In this document: positions 52,301 through 63,781 of the stretch, piece after piece
Position numbering within the stretch: the first letter of the stretch is position 1
Layout: each line of letters opens with the position of its first letter
Origin: Botryllus schlosseri
Taxonomy: Eukaryota
Direction: 5' to 3'
NCBI GenBank assembly: GCA_051294905.1
Contig: CM119375.1
Span: 26,660,001-26,724,000 of the forward strand
Length of the DNA: 64,000 nt
Translations under genes and position numbers: made by a program
Notes under the pieces: model-generated
Seen by the model: only the letters and a program-made list of their open reading frames with translations
The model's database searches: none
Told to the model about the DNA's origin: nothing

Positions 52301-55300
52301 CCGCTGTACCTTTGTATGAAATCAGGCGTCTTTATTGAGTCGGCGGTAAGGCTCGCGTTTGTTCTCCATCGTTATTGGAGATGAAGCAATTTGCGGAGGC
52401 ATGTGTTATTTCATCTGCGTTATGCGGCCGTCCCCGTAACGACCCTGGTGTAGTGTTTTCAAGAAGCGTCGAGTATTACATCGAGGATTGTTTGCTCAAA
52501 TGGTCTCGAGCGCAATTGGATCGCGTTGTCACTGGGCAAATCAGTGACGTGGTTGTTTTGTCGAGGCAGCGCAGCTGTAGGGTAGGTAGGTACGTTCCGC
52601 CGGCACTTGTTTTGTCCCCGTAAAGAGCTTTATGCACTGAGCCTATAACGCTAAGTTCATCATTGCGATCGCATCGCGCGGTTTACCGTGCGCGTCTATG
52701 CGTAGTAACTTGGGGAAATATGGCGGTTAGACAAAGGCTTTTTTACAACACCATAAGATGCGTTTCTACAAACGATGCGTCATATCGACTCTTGCTATTC
52801 ACGCGATCAATGCGTGCGCTTTGCTGGTTCCAAAATGCTTGTTGTACCTTGCTTATGTAACCATATGTTTGAAATGGTAGCAGAAAAATTTCAAATTTTG
52901 TAAGAATTCCTGAGTTAACAAAATCTGTATTTAATCATAGTTCATTGTGATAATGAGTATGACAAATGTCTGTATACCAAGATCAGCTTGTTGCGCACTG
53001 TGCAGTTATTCTGATGCATTTTCCGAAAAGGCAGGAATTCGATTAGAATTAAAATGAGACCATAGAAACATTGGACGAATTCGATTAGAATTAGATTACC
53101 TGCATTCGTTCTGATCATGCAACTAAAATTGTCTCGTTTCTCAAATCAGCAATGCGTACTTCGTGGGCCAGACACGGTTGCTGCATGTATTTGTACAATG
53201 TACATCATTCAACTCCGTTTCAGGGTTTGAATTCTTTCAACGCTACGTTTTGACACCTCGTTTTGACTTTACCTTAAAGTGCTTGTCATCCTCGTACGCA
53301 GTTGCAAAATGCGCACTCCAAAAGCGTGTTTTAGGCGGCTAATAGGCGAAGCCTCTTTCGACGGAGGCTCATTAGAGGTGTGGAGTCGCGGGTAGAATGT
53401 TGATAGGTTTTCCCCAGAGTGCTGCCGTGTAACGCCTTGTAACGATGGGTTGGACAAGGCGATTTGTAATTAAACGTTGAAAGACGCTGTTTCGACAGCT
53501 GCATCTGGATAGCGTTGGGAAGCCTGAGCGCGGCGACCCTAAGCTTCCATGGCTGCTGCGTGCTCCTACGAATACTTCTTACACCCAGTGATGGCATGGT
53601 TAGTGGTAGTGGTTGGTTCATTTCGCTTTAAGCATGTCGATTTTACGAAGTGAATCCACGCGAGTTACACTTTGAATTCATGATCTATCCACAACATTGT
53701 GGCAAAATGTAATGAAACAGGCATGGTCGAAAAATGTCCAAATTTTCTTTCATTTGATTCATAGCTGGTAATAATTTATTACGTGGCAGCATAAAAAGTG
53801 CATGTTTGAAGATTCCACGCCGTTCCTGATGTTGTGACGACATAACGAGTGATTACCCGAACACTGGACGGGACTCGAAGCCGAATACTCATTCGGAATC
53901 GAATCTCTCAAGTGGTCGATTTTGCTCAGCCGTAATCATTAGCAGTTAATGGCATGTCCCAAATTAGAAGCACAGAGGCAAGTTTGTCGCTGTGGCGTGA
54001 TAATTCGTTATAAATTACGTCATCATAATTGTTTCTACATGTCGAATTGGATTTTACGCACATTGAACTGTTCCTCTCGGGATGAGAAAGCCAGTCGACA
54101 AGGTTGTAGCAGATGAATTTGGATTTATATGAATAGCCTTTAATTATGTTTGTGCCATGATAACGAATTACTGCACCCTTACTAGTTTGTTTGAGGGGCG
54201 ACACCTTGGAAATCTGGAGAATTGCTTTGTGACGCCACACGCGCATCGTTCTCATTTCAAATTGGCTGCATCGGGTTATCAAAAGCCGGTCGAAATAGGT
54301 CGGACGGATTAATTAGCTATGCAAACATGCCGTTGAAGTTCTGGTCCTAGATAATACTTCTTTCCGGTGAATTGAACGCTGTCCGTTGTGATAATTATTC
54401 CGTGCTCGGTTCTCTTTAGGATTGTGCAATGGTAACGCACATGTATCAAAAAATTCAGTGTTTGACAATAGCTTTCGGCAATCCTATCCATTCCTATTAG
54501 TCTAGGCCGGCAGTAAATTGTGGCCAGTGGGCAAATACACTTCTTTTCTGTTGGTCGTCAAACAGTCTTGGATATGTGTGTATTTGAGCGGTAATATCAA
54601 TCTATTGTTAGTCTGGGAGAGTTACAAGAATGGGACATTACATTAATTTGAACTAGTGACATTATTATTCAATTAAGGAACGGGATAATATCCGTGCTGT
54701 ATACGCTGTTTTCCGAAATGTAAGCAAACCTTAGGCAGAATTTAACCGCCGGCCGTTGGACGCCATTTTGGGACCTCCGCGTCGTTTTATCATTCGGCCA
54801 TTACCGAATTTGACCGCTCACTCTTTATAATACTTGAATGTGTTTGTTGTTCCATGTGTTTAAGCTTGTAGCACGCCGAATTGTAACCGAATCCAAATCC
54901 TTTATTCGCCGGTACAGTAGGTATTGGCTCTGATTTCATGATAATTTGCATGAACCTTTTTTGTCAACCAAAATCATCAACTCTAAATCCGGACCCGGTT
55001 TTCCAAAAACCCTGCTGATATATTCAAAGGCGTGTTGCTAACAGTTTAATTCCGTGGAATTAGAGTGAAATGCCGGTGTGGTAATTCTAATCTAATTTGT
55101 GAAATGTAAATATGCTCGAATTTTAACTGTTTTTTCTGAAAAGGCTACTGGAGAACTGCATAGTGCGAAACGAGCCGAACTTGGTGTTCAGACATTTGCC
55201 ATTCTCGTGCTTATGAGAATATCTCCAATTTGGTATGAACTAAACTTAGTTTTTGATGTATTTGATGCTAATTAGGAATGGAATTCAATTTTCAAGTTTT

Positions 55301-56934
55301 TGCAAATTCAGTAATTCTAAATCGAGGATAATTAGGAATTTTTTTACTTGTCCATATCTGTTTCCTAAAAGCGAAACCAGTTGCCCATCTACGGTAACGG
55401 CGGCTCAGCTTTACGTAATGCGAGGGCGAACACGGCCTGTGATAAAATTAGCGAAATTCTGGACCACGATCCCTGTTTTGTTTTGAGCCTGCGCCTTTTC
55501 GTTCCGACACTCCGCTGCCTACATCAATCGACTCGCAGGGATAATTCGAGTAAATATTTATCCGCCAGCTCAAAGCCTTGCTCGAGGTATTTATTAATAG
55601 ATGTAACTCACTCGGCTATCGTAAAAGTCTGTTTGGACAAAAAGAGCGCCTGTTGAACCTCACTCACTGCGATGATTATTTACTGTCGAGTATCGAACGC
55701 GTGTCGTTACGTTATTTTGGTGAGAGTTTTTCGGCGAGGGTGCCGTTATAGAGGCGAAGTCACGGTCATGTTTGAATATGTGTTCGCAGAATTGTTGGCA
55801 GTTTGATGGTCTTAGCGTATAAGCTTGCTAATGAAACCTTTGAGCCTAGTGCTAAAGGCGGAAATGTTTATAAGTCTAGATATAATAGCGTGTATTCTAG
55901 GCCTAGTGTTACCCACAGAATTTGTGTGCTTAGCATAATGTAGGCCGCATCTGTAGACTGTAGTACAAGGCCTTGGATCGGCCCTGTGTCAACAGCGTGC
56001 GGCTAGAACTATTGAGGGTTGTGGTAATTCCATGGGATAGTGGCGGTTCGTTTCAGCTGCGCGTTGATAAGAATCCATAAGGAGAAATAATGCGAGATGC
56101 TTTTTTTAATTGCGTTTCAAGTATGGTTGCGTCATGTCGGAGAATGGGTGGAGCGTGCTTGATTTGATTCGGTGCTATTTTGAACAGGTCGGTTTATGAA
56201 TCGTGTAGTCGTGGCTTGCTTGCAGAACAGGGAATCGTTGTTCTGTAAGTTGCGGTGTCTTTAGTATCAGATAAATACCGCTTCTGGTTACCGATATCTG
56301 TTTTATCTTCTGGTCAAACTTTTCTGTAAGCGTGATGTTTCACATAGTCTAGGCAGAAAAAGTTGTCATCTGGTGTGCTACTGTCTTGTACCTGTTACAA
56401 GTCACAAGGGTTGACTGGTCTAGCAGAGCTTAGCCGGGTTTACGCACTTGTATTATGCGAATGGAAGGAAGATAAGTTCTGTGTTCTGTTACAACTGATC
56501 CCATCCTGACGTGAAGGTTACTATGTGGTTGATCGCTTGGTATTAGCCTGCTGTTTTTTTTACCTTGGCCGTCTATATCGATTGTCGCTGCGTGTATGTT
56601 CTGCGCGCGTGTTATGTATGTCAAAACGATCTGTTCAAGCTTCAAGGCGCCATAAATCGTTTTCGGTTGTAATCCGCGATATTTTGAATGACGAATGATC
56701 AGAATATGCGTTCCCCCGTCAATAAATACTCGTTTAACGCAATGTCATGGGGCGGTTTCGTCATATATATGCTAGCTAACTTCCGCGTGTGTACTCTACT
56801 CCTGGTTGCGATGTAGTTCAAACATGATGCAGCACAGATCTTGCAATATTGTCTCACGCGTGGGGATCGACTTTCAACCCGCGTGGTAAATATGTTGGCG
56901 CAGCCGTATAGAAGCAGATTGCAACGTTTTTTAA

Positions 56935-56942
56935 TGACGTCA
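56935..56942. promoter_or_regulatory. Palindromic CRE/ATF site next to the DR5
   Basis: TGACGTCA, separated from the DR5 at 56958 by 15 nt. Confidence 0.4.
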
Positions 56943-56957
56943 GTGGTTCTAAACCGG

Positions 56958-56974
56958 GGTTCACACAAAGGTCA
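56958..56974 (+). promoter_or_regulatory. Perfect DR5 retinoic acid response element
   Basis: GGTTCA cacaa AGGTCA, about 4.4 kb upstream of ATG 61367. Confidence 0.75.
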
Positions 56975-58884
56975 CGATACACCATACGCGAAAGTGACAT
57001 CGATTTGCAATCATCTTTTTGTTTTGTGTGAACATCAGTTTATCAGGGTTTTGTTCTTTTAACAGTGTTGGTAATGCACAGTTTATTTTGTGCACCAGTA
57101 TTTTGTAGCAATGTATTACACGTGTGATGTGGTTGGTTTTTGTGCCTCGGCGGAACTTCGGGTTTCACGGAAGGCTTGCACAATAGCGTAAGGGTTCGCC
57201 ATGTTGGTAAAACTTCAAGGCCACTGACCTAAACGTACGATTAATCGTTTGCCATGCGAACCGGAGTAAAGGGTACTTAGCAATAGCATATATACGATAA
57301 TTGACCTTGACGTGCCCGCTTCTCCATAGCATATAATGGGTAATCGTCAGTTAAGTTGCGCTTAACTTTACGCCTGACAGGCGTGCGAGTGCGTACGGAG
57401 TTATAATCGTTCTCCACTGAACAACGTTTTCAAGTGGCAAGGCTTCCATCTGATTCGCCTATTTTGAAGCCGATGGCTAGCTCGATTTTTCGCTTACCTT
57501 CGGCATAATATCGCCGCGCGGCACTTGGAATGAAAGGCTGAGAGCGTGCGTCACGCATTCAATAGCCCTTCAATCGTCAGCGGGCGGCTGTGAAGGAATC
57601 GGAGTGAAATTTCGAACGTTGGTGGCCATATCAACCACGTTCGACTGAGAGCTTTCAGTATGCACCGCATCGTACGATGCTGTCAAACAACTGGATTTTC
57701 CAAATGCGCAACTATAAACTAGAACTAAAACTACTCGCACCTAGAACTATTCACTTCTCAATACTAGAAATTGACTTTTATAAATCCGGCCAATTATTTT
57801 TTTTTTCATTTAAATGCGCAACTTGAACCAGAACTGCTCAAAGAACCAGTTGTTGGATTGGAGGTTTGTAGAAGTCTGAATACTGTGAAATTGATGTTCG
57901 TTAGTATCGCTTGGGAAAGTCAGGATTGATAATACGGATGGTTGAACAATGAGCATAGTAGCTGAACACCCTTATACTGTACTGAATTTTTTTTTTAATA
58001 CCCACATTCGCTTGCGAAGTTGATTGACTTATACCAGCAGATACACAATTGTATACATGTTCATCTCAGATTCGATCGCATTTGGCTAATCAATTACGCG
58101 GTTTTGTCACGCATAATTATGCACACTCGCCGACCAATTGTTCTCTGCGTCTTAAAATAAAGTTCGCAAGAATTGATGGTTTTAGCTAGCACGAATTCCC
58201 ATGACGTAACAAAACAGTTGGATGTGAGTTAGATTGGATTAAAACTGAAGCGATGGTCTTTTGGTTGTATTTACGAGAGTGGCAATTCGTCGCGCGCGAT
58301 CGCTCTCTCGGAACTTTCGCCAGGACGGCAGATCTTAATTTAGTTGGGTAGAGATTCCCAGTGTTCAGGAGCGAGTCATTACTAAGAGTTCTACTCTCTG
58401 AGAATATAGTGTGTTAGGCTGCTAGATAATTGCGTGTCTGGCTGTTTGATATAAAGATCGAGCAGTCTGATTATGCATGTGTTGTGAAAAAAGATGTAAT
58501 TTGTATGCGCTGTGGCAGTCTATTTGAACAGCTTCTCGGAGGTACAGAGCTTCGGTATGCAATTGAAAAATATATTCTTATTAAAAAAAAAACAATATAT
58601 GTTCTATAAAATGTTCTTTTCAATTCTCTACTAGTTCTACGATTACCCCTGACTAGTGTTCGGGTTCGGGTTGATTTCAATATGACTATATTTTCCAATA
58701 ACATACTGCCGATGTACGGTTGAATTGAAAAACTACATGTCGCTATTTAGAAATTGCTTGAAAAGACAAGACGTGGCTGAAATAGTTTGTCGGCCTGCAG
58801 GAAGTATCCAATAAACGCCTCGTTTCCGCCGCGCGGTCTTCCACCCGGGCAACCTTTCCGAGTCAAGTAGCGCAGCTTCGACTC

Positions 58885-58915
58885 GGTTCACCCGATCTGA
58901 ACTCGCTCTTGACCT
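58885..58915. promoter_or_regulatory. Cluster of three perfect nuclear-receptor half-sites
   Basis: GGTTCA (58885) n7 TGAACT (58898) n6 TGACCT (58910), i.e. an IR7 plus a minus-strand DR6. Confidence 0.35.
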
Positions 58916-61366
58916 TTCATTGTTCCGCAAGATAGGCGTTGATAATCCTGTTACGTAGGAAGGCGGTTGTAAGTGAAAGTACCGATAAAGTCTTGCGTTC
59001 GCACTCGGAATCATTGTAAATGTGTCAGGGTGTTAAAGTTTGTGTTGACACCGTGGGATAGTTTTCACTCCGTTCCATTTCAAAAGCGTAATACGACAGT
59101 GTCTGTTGTTGCTCCAGACAGCTAGCTGTCTTTTGCGGTTGCTTTAACTGACCTCGACTTCTCTTAAGCTTCCTGAACGGATGAATTATGCATTTTCAAA
59201 TGAATTGGGAGCGCCGGGCCTTTGTCGGGTCCTTGTTATTTTTCGTTACTTGATTCGATACGCTTTCGCAATGTTTGCGCTGCAGCGTTTCCGTTGCTTT
59301 ATGCGAGATTGTTCACACAGATAGCGCACTTTTCATCAGTTGTAAGGCATTGCCGAGTATACAGCATCGCTCGCGTACAGGCCCGAATCAATTGCCGTTT
59401 CTAAACAGCCCACGGCTAAATGTAGACGGTTTGATAACGACGGATGATATTGCATTCACCCTGTCTTTAGTAGGCTAGTTAGTCTCGTAATAAGCAAGTG
59501 GGACAATGCGATTTACGGCGGTGATAGTCGGCAGGGTTGGATACCTCGAAAATTGCCAGCTTTTGTGAATTCTAACTCAATTAGTGAGAAATGCAACATG
59601 TTCAGTTTATATCAAATCAGAGTTCATAAGCGCGAATCAAACGTCGGTACAGCAAGCTTGGCTCGTTTAGCACGATACAGTTCTGCAGCATTTACGGGAA
59701 ATCTATAAATTGATCAGAATTAAAATGTGAACATAGAAACATTTCAAATGTTGGATTACCCACATTGGCTCTAATCACGCAACTGGAATTATCTCGCTGT
59801 TCCAAGTGTCGGAGTCGGATTTCGCGTGCTGCATGAATGCTTCCATGAGACCTTTTGACATGATTGCGTTCGCTTGCTGCCCACGCTTGACGGGAAATCT
59901 AAATATTGCTTTACTATGTTTTGAAGCGCCAGTGGTCATCGCAAGAGATAACATTGAGAGGCGGCGTATCGGTGGCGATTAGTTCTCGCGATCTATTTCA
60001 AGGCACTTTACTGCCGAAGTGAAGAGCGACCGTTTCCACCCCTGTATTAGTCATAATGGAGGGTTGATTCGGTTGAAAAGTCAGCGTTTTCTGTGACAAT
60101 GTGCCGCCGTACTAGACGTACGGATGGTATGTCGCGGATATCCACAGTCGGCTAGAAAGGAGGTTATGACATTGTACGCGGATTTAGAGTCGGTAATATG
60201 ACGAATGGTGCAACATGTTTCTGCTTGATGTTTCGAAAACTGTGTGATATGAAGAATATGTACAGCTCGTTATGTACGATTTTTTCCTGACTTACACAGA
60301 GTACCAATCTATAAACTATCCATCTATCAACTGAATATTGGTTTTAAATAGTTCTAGTTGCAGATATTGAAAAGTGAGTAGTTTCGGTTCTAGTTTTTAC
60401 AAGTCTGAGGCAGGTATATTATCCTGTTCGCATGTCGCGGTATGCTGTTATGTTTACGACGCCAATGAGGTTTTGGTAGTCGGTCTACTTTCCAAATATC
60501 AATCAGCATTTCGAATTACCGTTAGCGCGAAATTACTAGTGACAACGGACGATGTTCCTTTGACAAGTTCGCAGGCGCCTGGCTGACGCGTCTCTCGGCG
60601 TAATTTGCCGTTCAATTGTCGTGTAGTACTGTAGTCCCGTTTCTCATCAAATTGTTGTTGCTTGTTATTGTTGGTTGGGCTGATCATTGCGTCTGCGGTG
60701 CTGATCGATGACATTTCGCGTAGGCTCGGTTTTAGTCCGGTCACGATAATTCCAAAAACGGCACCGATGCGCTAGTATATCTAGCAGCATGTTTTTTATG
60801 TACATTCCTTCCTATCATTAACGGTATTGTACGTTGGTAAAGGAGCGTTTGTGTGTATCCCCCAATTCGTATTCATTTCTCGATCTGGTTTACTTTCGTC
60901 ACTGGCTTTGTGTAATTGTTTGAAAGCGTTTTAGTAATACACAGCGGACATATACAATACGTTAACGCACCGTAGTTTGCTATCCTGTGAACGCGCTGGG
61001 TTGATTCTAAATATAAGAGTGCGGTTTCCTGCTTTGTTTTCTACTGGGGTTTCGAGAACACAAAGAGAATGAAGGTCGTTTTTGTTGTATTTGAAACCAT
61101 TTGATAATGTGTATATCATTCAAATGATGATGTGATCTATGACCCACTGAAATCAGCGTCATGACCCATGGGTGTATATCTTCAGGTCCAGTGATTTGGG
61201 TATTTCCGACCAAGCATTATTTGATATGCATATAGTTGATGTGTGTTGTGAAATTTGATCCTAGTCTCTCAACAGTTTTCACGTGTCTCCGGCAGGATCA
61301 TATTCTAAAATAGCACAGTAAGCCTGAAAATATCGATAAAGCTTGCGCTCTTGTAAGCGAAGCACG

Positions 61367-61643
61367 ATGAACATGGTTGAGTTCCAAGAGCAATGGCGCA
61401 ACAGAATGAACGGCATTCTCACTGACATCTTCACGACGGGCGGCGGTCTGGTGATGGACTCGCAGCCGCCCGGCATGCACATGAACCATCGCCAAAATAA
61501 CGGACACGCGGGGGTCCACGGGATCGTATACAATCAAAATCACCACGCGGGGTACCCGCACAGCCAGCCACAGATGGCGCCCCAGCAAGTGTCCGGGAAT
61601 AACTACACCAGTCCGTATTATTCGTGGGAATATTCGTCCAGAT
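61367..61643 (+). CDS. RAR: RAR proximal alternative first coding exon (A region, isoform 3)
   Basis: ATG at 61367 with in-frame TAA at 61337. Encodes MNMVEFQEQWRNRMNGILTDIFTTGGGLVMDSQPPGMHMNH...YYSWEYSSR (Q/H/N/P-rich). Donor GAT|gtgcgt is phase 1 and joins in frame to 61828 across a 184-nt intron. Confidence 0.85.
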
Positions 61644-61827
61644 GTGCGTAATGATTTAGTGCGCTGTAGCGACGATAGGTCTCGATTAGGCCTGGGTATC
61701 GTATGCATAACATGGATGCTTCCAATTTTGACCTTCAATGTTATCGCAACGAAAATAACGCCCAACCTTAGTTTCAACTGATTCAGTTTGGTGAACAAGT
61801 GAATGAAAACATTCCTTTTCGTTACAG

Positions 61828-62021
61828 CATCTCCCGACAGCGTGGGACTTTCCTCAGCCAGTAGCAACGCGTCCGGTTCCGAATCAGAAGGGGTGATGCA
61901 CGGCTACCCGCAACAGCCCCCGTCTCCGCCCCCACCCCCGAGAGTTTACAAACCGTGTTTCGTGTGCGGGGACAAGTCGTCCGGGTATCACTACGGCGTC
62001 GCGTCGTGCGAAGGATGCAAG
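61828..62021 (+). CDS. RAR: Retinoic acid receptor (NR1B) common exon: B region plus first zinc finger of the DNA-binding domain
   Basis: Translates to (x)[64 protein letters not shown], a near match to vertebrate [38 protein letters not shown]. Acceptor ttccttttcgttacag|CA (phase 1), donor AAG|gtgaga (phase 0). Both phases match the equivalent vertebrate RAR exon. Confidence 0.97.
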
Positions 62022-63418
62022 GTGAGAGATTTTTTTGTGTTTATTTTCAAAGCCTTTGAGATTGATTTAAAAATTTCAGTATGTATACAATTGAATAATA
62101 TATTATATTAAAATTAACCCGAATATTTTCGGCTGATACGTCAAGGGTAATCGCGACCGTAACTAGTGCGGAATTCAATGGAGATTTGCATCGCTTACTG
62201 TTATGGGAATGAGATATTTGTATCATTCCAGTAGTTAGCACTGCATTGTATATTTTGTAATCGATGCGATGGGTGGCTGTTTCTATTCAACTATTCGCGC
62301 CTCAGCATTCGCTTTCACTTCATCGAATCGCGCATGCTTGGAATAGTTACGTAACTTGTGATTTATGACTCTGGCATGAAGATGTAAACTTTATAGGCGT
62401 GTTTTCTCAACCCGTTATTGACTTGGGTCGGCGCTACCAATCTGGTTGTGATCAATCCTGGCTCATTGCTCTTTGTGCCTTTGCGAATGCTCTAGTGCTG
62501 TAAAACAGGGTTGTACAACCTGCGGGCCAAATGAGGCCCGCTAATAGGGCTTTTAATTTAATTTTGTGTGGTAAGTTTGAACTGAGCTCAAGCGGACTAT
62601 AACGCTATAAGAAAAGCCACGAAGACACCAAAACCATCCATGTATGCTTGTTTTATGTGGAACGGGTTGCTGTTGTTGCCCGGGCGCGATATTTACTGTC
62701 ACGATCTGTTTCCTATCGTCACGGCCCTGCAACTGCGCCACGGTTTCCTGGCTGTTAGCATCCATCATTCACGCCGCACCACTCTCGCTAATGAGTAAGG
62801 AATGCGACTCGCGAGCTGACTGCTTCTGTTAGCGCTCATCTGGCTTCTCTCCCCCGGCTGAACAGCGGCTCTGGCTTTGTGGAATACGTGGCCGACTTCA
62901 GATGGCTTAGTCACGTTGTTTTGATAGATATGCTTTACAGCTCTGTTATCGACGATCGTTGTTATGAGTTGGTCATAGTTTCATGTTGGTTACGCCCGAA
63001 ATTTTTACCAGGCCGGCGTGTGTTATATTTCTGGTCTAGTTCAAATAGATTAAATTTGTCTCGCCCGTAGTGACGGAGTGATTGTTGAAATGCTTTTTCG
63101 TCGCTGGGTTTGGAAGGTGTCGGGTGCGTATGGTATCTTCTGCGGATTGCTAGTACCCTAGAGAATTTCCAGGCTGACCTCGCATGCACTGCGTGCTTGC
63201 GCGCGGCTTACGTCTGAACTGCGTTTGATACTTCCATGGGATACTGTGAGCGATATTGGATAGTGACCCGATGTTTTATTAAGAATTGGCAGTTGCAATT
63301 GACGGCAGCATCGCGGGTAGGGCTCGATGATTAATAAGAGTTATATTATCAACGAGAAATATCGTTTCCATGCTTTTTGTCCAGCGTGAAATCCTTGAAA
63401 CCTCAATTAATGGTATCA

Positions 63419-63781
63419 CGGTGTTCGAAATAGGGTTGCATTTAAAACAAACTTGTTTAAAACAAGGCCCTGATTTAAAACATGTTTTTTTAAGCAGTGA
63501 CGTCACGAATATTCAATTGTGACGGCATAGTGGATTGACATTTACAATTGATAAGGGTAAAATAGCTACTTCGACGAAATACATGTACTATTGCCCTTGA
63601 ACCGACTATTTCGAGAGTTCCAACCGTCCCATATTGATATACGTCGACTATATCGGGTGGAAATGATCCGTAGGCTCATACAACATGTTTTTTGTTGAAA
63701 AACCACAATATTTTTTTTCAAAAGGCCTTTTTTTAAAACTAAGTTCAAAACAGGTTTTTAAAAAAGTGTTTTGAAACACCG
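63419..63781. mobile_element. Probable MITE with CGGTGTT / AACACCG ends
   Basis: 7-bp perfect TIR with extended imperfect A/T-rich inverted arms (tttaaaacaaggcc / ggccttttttaaaac). No clear TSD. Confidence 0.4.

Larger units (their letters stand above)
1018..59810. repeat. Family A (hAT-type MITE, about 300 bp), dispersed copies (approx. 1018-1321, 10985-11240, 12310-12630, 44440-44836, 45332-45600, 49680-49985, 51287-51610, 53030-53150, 55050-55340, 59550-59810)
   Basis: Shared motifs gattac(c/t)ggcatttcgctctaattagtctaatt, gagaatggcaaat, gctcgtttcgca, gtagcattttcagg and repeated aattagaatt. Several copies keep CAGACTTGG or CCAAGTCTG ends. The span covers the copies, not one element. Confidence 0.8.
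6725..60400. repeat. Family B (up to about 450 bp, ctagaact-rich), dispersed copies (approx. 6725-6900, 17855-18225, 24385-24790, 38990-39310, 43335-43490, 45245-45300, 57690-57840, 60345-60400)
   Basis: Shared ttttgaaaagtgagtagttctagttgc, aaacacgtgtcg and ggttttgggggtcgaa motifs. The 24385-24790 copy is the reverse complement of the 17855-18225 copy. The span covers the copies, not one element. Confidence 0.75.
16355..62200. repeat. Family C solo or partial arms, dispersed (approx. 16355-16475, 19735-19830, 23700-23770, 41270-41430, 41870-42580, 48032-48200, 58495-58720, 62090-62200)
   Basis: Shared motifs ttctctactagttgctgacgattacccctg, tgtcagccgaa and ggaggtacagaacttcaat in either orientation. 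Coordinates are approximate and the span covers the copies, not one element. Confidence 0.7.
18786..62550. repeat. Orphan hAT-MITE-like ends (18786 caggggtcaccaac; 30227 caggggtccccaac; about 32150-32213 ggcccgcggg...ttgcccacctctg; 62506 cagggttgtacaacc)
   Basis: CAGGG(G/T)...CAAC termini typical of hAT MITEs. I could not locate the partner ends. The span covers the copies, not one element. Confidence 0.4.

Noticed and set aside
61298-61867. 189-aa minus-strand ORF
   Set aside because: Antisense shadow of the RAR exons at 61367-61643 and 61828-62021; no recognisable domain.
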